Assembly (NCBI GenBank): GCA_964016885.1
Contig: OZ024745.1
Coordinates: 130,076,001-130,140,000 of the forward strand
Direction of reading: 5' to 3'
DNA from: Eledone cirrhosa
Lineage: Eukaryota
Length of the DNA stretch: 64,000 nucleotides
This document shows positions 57,732 through 64,000 of this stretch, piece after piece (the stretch's first letter is position 1; the number at the start of each line of letters is the position of its first letter). Below the pieces are notes generated by a model that saw nothing but the letters and a program-made list of their open reading frames with translations, searched no databases and was not told the origin of the DNA. Both the position numbers and the translations under genes were made by a program.

Positions 57732-58321
57732 CGTTTTGGAAGCCTCAACAATGCAGATGGGTAAATCTCCGGGTAACAGAATCTGGTGGTGAAGAGAGAG
57801 AGATGTAAGGGAATGTAGAATGAGATGTATATTATGTAGAGGAACGTAGGAAAGAGCGTAAAAAAGAAAAATAATAGCACGAGATAGAGTTACATTGGGA
57901 GAGATTTAATAGTCCCTATATTTCGGATTCGCATCCATCAACTGAAGGGGTTATCCAGGGGGGGGGGAAGTTATCTGTCAAAGAAGAACAGTACGTGTCA
58001 TCTGTTGTCCTCTGTTTGTGTGTAACAGTTACACACAAACAGCGGACAACAGAGGCCACATACCGTTCCTCTCCGACAGATAACTCCCCCCCCCCCCCCG
58101 GATAACCCCCCAGTTGATGGATGCGAATCCGAAATATAGGGACAATTAAATCTCTCCCAAGGTAACTCTATCTCGTGCTATTATTTTTATTTTTTACGCT
58201 CTTTCCTACGTTCCTCTACACACTATACATCTCATTCTATATTCACTTACATCTCTCTCTTCACCACCGGATTCTGTTACCGGGAGATTTACCCATCTGC
58301 ATTGTTAAGGCTTCCAAAACG
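57732..58321. repeat. ~590-bp fold-back palindrome between (TA)n tracts
   Basis: Arms of ~290 bp meeting at TGTGTAAC-A-GTTACACA (~58028). Confidence 0.92.
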
Positions 58322-58346
58322 GCAAAACAAAATTATATATATGTAT

Positions 58347-58576
<230 letters not shown>

Positions 58577-59119
58577 TATTCTTTTTCATATTCCTTTGAT
58601 TGATATATATAGAGAGAGGGAGAGTGGATTAGTGTTAGATTTAGAGAGGTGGATAAGAGAGGCGGTGTTTTGGTAGATATAGAGCGAGGGAGTGTTTGCT
58701 TTGTAGCAGATATAGAAAAGCTGATTAAACGGATTAAAAGTGTGTTTTGTGTGATAGATATATAGAGGAGGAGAGCTCGGTGGTACTGTCGTGTTCCAAA
58801 TAATAGAGGGGGTTGGAATAGTGTGGGGGTTTTCGAAATCGGTAATTTGTATTCGTAAATTAGGGGGATTTCTTTTTTTGTCATTCATAATGTTATTTTA
58901 ATATAAATAAAATTATTCGATTCTCCAGCTGTTGTATCAATATGAATCACTTACAATAAAATTTCGCTGGAGATAAGGTAGAACATTTTAATGAGCGGGG
59001 AGGGGGTAAAACAGGGGAGGGGAATCTGAAAAATTAATAAGCGTGGTGAGGAGACGATTATTCAAGACCTGACATTGGCCAAATTTGCCCTCACCACAAA
59101 TTTAGAAATGCTTCCAGGG

Positions 59120-59290
59120 TCGTGAGAGCAGAGTCCTCAACACTCTTTCCAGCTCGTCCTGTCAGAAGGAATCTTCTCTAACTGATCTGGCTGGATCCCG
59201 AAGCGAGAGCAACTAAGCTCATGGATGTTATCCAACCATCTTGTTCGGTGGGGTGTACCCACGGGTCTCCTTCCGGTTGGTTTTGCCCGT
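59120..59290 (-). mobile_element. RTE-like LINE extreme 3' coding remnant
   Basis: AKPTGRRPVG..RTRWLDNI...DRTSWK across a frameshift. Confidence 0.6.
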
Positions 59291-61031
59291 TAAATCTGTC
59301 CATGTTTTATATTTGTACAATCTAAAATATTTTCGATGGCTTCCTCAAATGTTCTTCAGTAAATTTGTCTACACATTGGATTGGCTTTGAAATTATCCAT
59401 GGAATGCTTTAATGTTAAGCAAGCAATACATTGTGTCTGGCGTTCACAGCATGATTCCGGTGACATACTGAACTAAAGCATTTTTTTTATTTATAGTGTA
59501 TGATCATTAAATTGATGGATCATTCACGAAAGGTAAAAGAACTGCAGAAATCTTCAGTTTGCAACTATATATATACAAGTGCAAGCTTAGTAAAATCGAA
59601 GCTTTGGATGTGGGCAAGCAAAGTCGACCTACAATTGGAATGAGTTAGCAAAGCACTCAATAAGGGTAGGTCCTTAGAGTAATAACATACGTTTAAATAG
59701 CTTGACAAATTGAACATTGCGGTAGGCAAAACCCAACCACACAATACCAAAGTAACGAAAGAACTAACAGGTTAAAAGATGTAACCATTGAAGCAATTCA
59801 AGCACTCGACATACTTTTTACACATAGGAATGACGTAGTATATATAGAATAAGAAAATGCGAAGTAGTTTCAGGTTTGAAAGTCCTTTATTGATACGGCT
59901 GTCATACATATTTCAATGACGACAGTGGCCACGCGATTTCCCCAAACAATGTCTTAACATTTTGTCGTGTAGAACGTTGGATATAAACGATGTGAAAATA
60001 ATGTGAAGTGGTTTCGTATCATACCGTGTACTCGACATAATTATTGTTGTCTCTTTCTTTCCCTTTCTCTCTCTCTCACTCCCTTTATCTTCCTCTCTAT
60101 TTCCCGCTCCGTCCCTTTCAATTTATCTTACTTTTTCACTCTCTCCATCTCTCTCTCTCTCCCTCTCTTTCTCTCTGTCCTAGCCGTTTCAGATTTTGTG
60201 TATATATGAATAATTATATTAATCTCTAGCTTTCTTTCTTTATCTTTCTCTCTCCCTTTCTCCCACTTTTTCTCTGTCCCTTTCTCCCACTCTCTGTCAT
60301 TCTCGCTCTTTCCTTTTCTATTTCTCTCACTCTTTCATTTTTTCACTCACCCACTCTGTCTTGCTTTTTCAGATTTTCTGTATATAGGAATACATGTGGA
60401 CATGTTTTTTTTTGTTTTTTCTGTATTTTTATATGTGTATATTTATGTATTTATGAGTGTGTAAATATACTGTAATTAAAATATAACAAATATCAAAAAT
60501 TAGGGTAAATGTATAGTGAAGATCTGAACATTATTAAATGACGTAATATTTCGCTGCAAGCCACCAGGTTTTGCTTTTGATCTCCTTGGCATGCGAATCA
60601 ATATGTAATCCGAATGTTGCTGATGTCAGTTGTTTTCGTTGGACTGAGAGAGAAGGAATCAAAGAGCACATCTTATGCTGATTATATTGGCCTTGAGTGG
60701 AAAATCAATAACCAAAGAGAAGACAGATAGCAAAGAGGAAATCTTAGACAGGAAATGCTTTGTAATATATTGTGTGTGAATCTCCTTCACTCCCTGCCTC
60801 ACGGCGGCATTTCCTCTCGTTTATGTGTATTCCTGACTGTCTGTATATATGTCGGCATGTCTGTTGGTCTCTGTGTGGTTTGTCTGTGTAACTCCTTTAC
60901 ACATCTTTTCAACTGTTTCTTTTTCCGTGTCTGTGTACGGAACAGGCGATTCTACTTTTGATAAACATATAGTCGTAACCATGGTTACCATTGCAGCTCA
61001 ACATAAACATGCACATACGTATAAGTATATG

Positions 61032-61110
<79 letters not shown>

Positions 61111-61112
<2 letters not shown>

Positions 61113-61301
61113 ACGTAGGAGGTGTGGTAAGGAACCAGATGGACCATAACGTAACAGAGTACTCAATACTTAGGGTAGTAGAGTGGGTAATAGGAAAATG
61201 TATAATCCCGACGGCAGAGCTCAAGCCGTTTCGACGGCTAATTCTGGACTATAGCCGTTGAAACGGCTTGAGCTCTGCCATTGGGGCTAAACATTTTCCT
61301 A
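61111..61301. mobile_element. Family A fold-back copy
   Basis: Same consensus; axis near CTGGACTA; (TA)n flanks. Confidence 0.8.
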
Positions 61302-61336
61302 TATATATATGTATGTGTGTGTGTGTGTGTGTGCGT

Positions 61337-61414
<78 letters not shown>

Positions 61415-61952
61415 ACAGACATGCAAACATACACACTTACAAATACAGACTCACACACACACACACATATATATGTATATAATATATATATTAGGATTAT
61501 AAATTAGTGTGTGTTAGTGGGTGGGTGTGTGTATGTGTGTGTGTGTGTGAGCGTGTGTATGTGTGTGTGAGCGTGGGTGTGAGTGTGTATGTGTCGTTGT
61601 GAGCGTGAATGTGAGTGTGTATGTGTGTTTGTGAGCGTGGACGTGAGTGTGTATGTGTGGTTGTGAGCGTGGCTGTGAGTGTGTCTGTATGCGTATGAGT
61701 GTGTGTGTGTGTCTGTATGCGTGTGTGTTTATGTATTTCTATGTGTGAGTGCATAATTTGATATCTTGTAAATTACGGAATTGAGCGACTTCAGATATCG
61801 TCATCCTATCGAAGTCCATTAACATGACAATTAAATACGCCGCTAAAACATACACTCTACATGTGTTGATAAGGAAAATAATCTTTAAATTGTAATTGTC
61901 TTGAAGTGGTATGTATATATATATATGTATGCGTGTGTATACATATATATAT

Positions 61953-62202
61953 TGGAAAAGGTTTGACCCCGACGGCAGAGCTCAAGCCGTTTCGACGGCT
62001 ATTTCTGGACTAAATTAGAATTTTTAGCGTGGTGAAATTTAGCATGCTAAAATTTCTAATTTAGTCCAGAAATAGCCGTCGAAACGGCTTGAGCTCTGCC
62101 GTAGGGGTCAAACATTTTCCTATTACCCACTCTACTACCCTAAGTATTGAGTACTCTGGTGCGTTATGGTCCATCTGGTTCCTTATTACTCTTCCTTCGT
62201 TA
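61953..62202. mobile_element. Family A fold-back copy with the longest central hairpin
   Basis: GACGGCTATTTCTGGACTAAATTAGAA...TTCTAATTTAGTCCAGAAATAGCCGTC-GAAA-CGGC..GCCG-TA-GGGGTC. Confidence 0.82.
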
Positions 62203-62418
62203 TATATATATAAATATATATATTTAAAAAAATATATATATATATATGCAGAGGTTATATTTAGTTTGTTGGGAATCAACAAGCTTAAAAATGTGTATAA
62301 CTGATATAAAGCACTCAACAAGTAAGTGAAGTAAATATAGAATATATTAATAAATGGAGAAATAAAAATAAAATAAAATAATTATGGTTTTATAAATATA
62401 GTTTCCATTTATTAATAT

Positions 62419-62453
<35 letters not shown>

Positions 62454-62498
62454 AAATAATTATGGTTTTATAAATATAGTTTCCATTTATTAATATAT

Positions 62499-62536
<38 letters not shown>

Positions 62537-62597
62537 TATGTATTTTTGAAAATAGCATATATTTTCACTAGCTCTGACAGTTTGGCAGGGAAACAGT

Positions 62598-62647
62598 GAG
62601 CTGTACTGATGAAGGGTGATACCCAGAAACATTAGTGTCTGCAGTTC
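62598..62647 (+). ncRNA. Type I hammerhead ribozyme, intact core
   Basis: GAGCTGTA-CTGATGA-aGGGTgatACCCa-GAAA-CATTAGTG-TC-TGCAGTTC. GUC site; stem I can extend with AACAG/CTGTT. Confidence 0.88.
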
Positions 62648-63019
62648 TGTTCACATGCCAACATAAGAGAAAGAATGAAGCGTTCATTCTACTGACATGG
62701 CTATAAAATTGAGGCTTGTTTGCATAATTGCAAACGTATCGAATGTTATTATTAATATTTGAAAAACTTGATGGCTTAGGGGTTAGAGCGTCAGGCTCAT
62801 AATCGTGTGGTTGTGAGTTCGATTCCCAGACCGGTCTTTGAGTTGTGTTCTTGAGGAAGACACTTTATTTCATGTTACTCCAGTTCACTCAGCTTTAGAA
62901 AAGAGTTGCGACGTCAATGGTGTCAAGATGTATCTGCCTTTGCCTTTACCTTAGACAGGGGAACTTACCTTAGGGGAACTTACCTTAGATAAGGGGAACT
63001 TATATATATACATATATGA

Positions 63020-63125
63020 AAAGTTCGGAATCACGACGGCTGAGCTCCTGCCGTTTCAACAGCTACCCCAAGTATCGAGTACTCTCGTGAGTAATGGTCT
63101 AACTGGTTTTTATCTCTTCCATTCA
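63020..63125. mobile_element. Family A, diverged deleted copy
   Basis: CGACGGCTGAGCTCCTGCCGTTTC joined to CTACCCCAAGTATCGAGTACTC. Confidence 0.6.
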
Positions 63126-63150
63126 CATTAATATATAAAACCATATTTAT

Positions 63151-63321
63151 GTACGCTCTCATCAGATGAAATACAAAATTTGTTTTATAAATGGTGACAT
63201 ATCCAAGAAACCAGACCTTATCAGTTCAGGTTCATATTGAAGCTGAACCTATAAGGTCTGGTTTCTTGGGTATGTTACTATTTATAAAACAAATTTTGTA
63301 TTTTACCTGATGAGTGCGTAC
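63151..63321. repeat. Fold-back overlapping the 63.3 kb hammerhead
   Basis: The left arm GTACGCTCTCATCAG... ends within stem II of the HHR. Confidence 0.85.
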
Positions 63322-63359
63322 CAAAATTTTGGTACCCCTGAAATGTATATAATAGAATA
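63299..63359 (+). ncRNA. Type I hammerhead, intact core
   Basis: TATTTTAC-CTGATGA-(GTACCAAAATTTTGGTAC)-GAAA-TGTATA-TA-ATAGAATA. C-A mismatch at the base of stem I. Confidence 0.72.
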
Positions 63360-63531
63360 AAAATGGTTTTATAAATATAGTTTCCATTTATTAATATCAT
63401 TGATATTATACTCACGGAAAAAAACCTTTAGAGTGCTTCGAATCTGTTATAAATAAATTTGTTGAATAACCACAAATTGAATATCTCTTTGCTTATATGT
63501 TTATATATATATATATATGCTTATATATATG

Positions 63532-63619
<88 letters not shown>

Positions 63620-63740
63620 AATCTTGATTTTAATGTCAGAAAACTGAACCAAAACTTACACAACATTTAGTATTCCTATTTTTTTTTTTAGAGAATAAGC
63701 ACCTCACGAATGTCATCAGGGCGAAAACAAATACTTCAAA

Positions 63741-63863
63741 TAATTGTTTCTACTTTTAGCACCAGGCCAGCAACTACCCCAGTGCCTTACTGGTACTTTA
63801 TTTTATCGACCCCGTAAGGATGAAAGGGAGAGCTAACCACGGTGGTATTTGAACTCAGAACGT
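63741..63863 (-). mobile_element. SINE family 1, 5'-truncated
   Basis: Consensus 3' part. Confidence 0.82.
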
Positions 63864-64000
63864 AAATAACCATAACTAACAGATCAAATATGCTGTATAG
63901 GTAATGTAGAATTCTAGAAAATATTTCCAAGCGTCTAATAATGTTAATAATTTCACAGAGTAATAGGATAAATTTAAGTATATATTGGATCGTCAAGTAT

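Overview
AT-rich, microsatellite-saturated eukaryotic DNA with no confidently identifiable host gene. The SINE motifs and repeat landscape suggest an octopus/cephalopod genome (inference). Nearly all ORFs in the track are (TA)n/(CA)n artefacts. The real content is transposon debris: about 20 tRNA-derived SINE copies, RTE, R4/Dong and CRE-like LINE fragments, a maT-like transposase remnant, a hAT MITE, and Penelope-like (PLE) GIY-YIG fragments, one inside a ~3.6 kb palindrome. The main hidden signal is RNA structure. By hand-folding I find 9 type I hammerhead ribozymes (HHRs) with intact CUGANGA/GAAA/NUH cores and about 10 degenerate ones, from several sequence families. Most lie in short non-coding elements next to (TA)n tracts, often as fold-back palindromes. 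A ~10-copy family keeps only the 3' half of a hammerhead and often folds back at its stem II. All structures were read by eye; coordinates may be off by a few bases.
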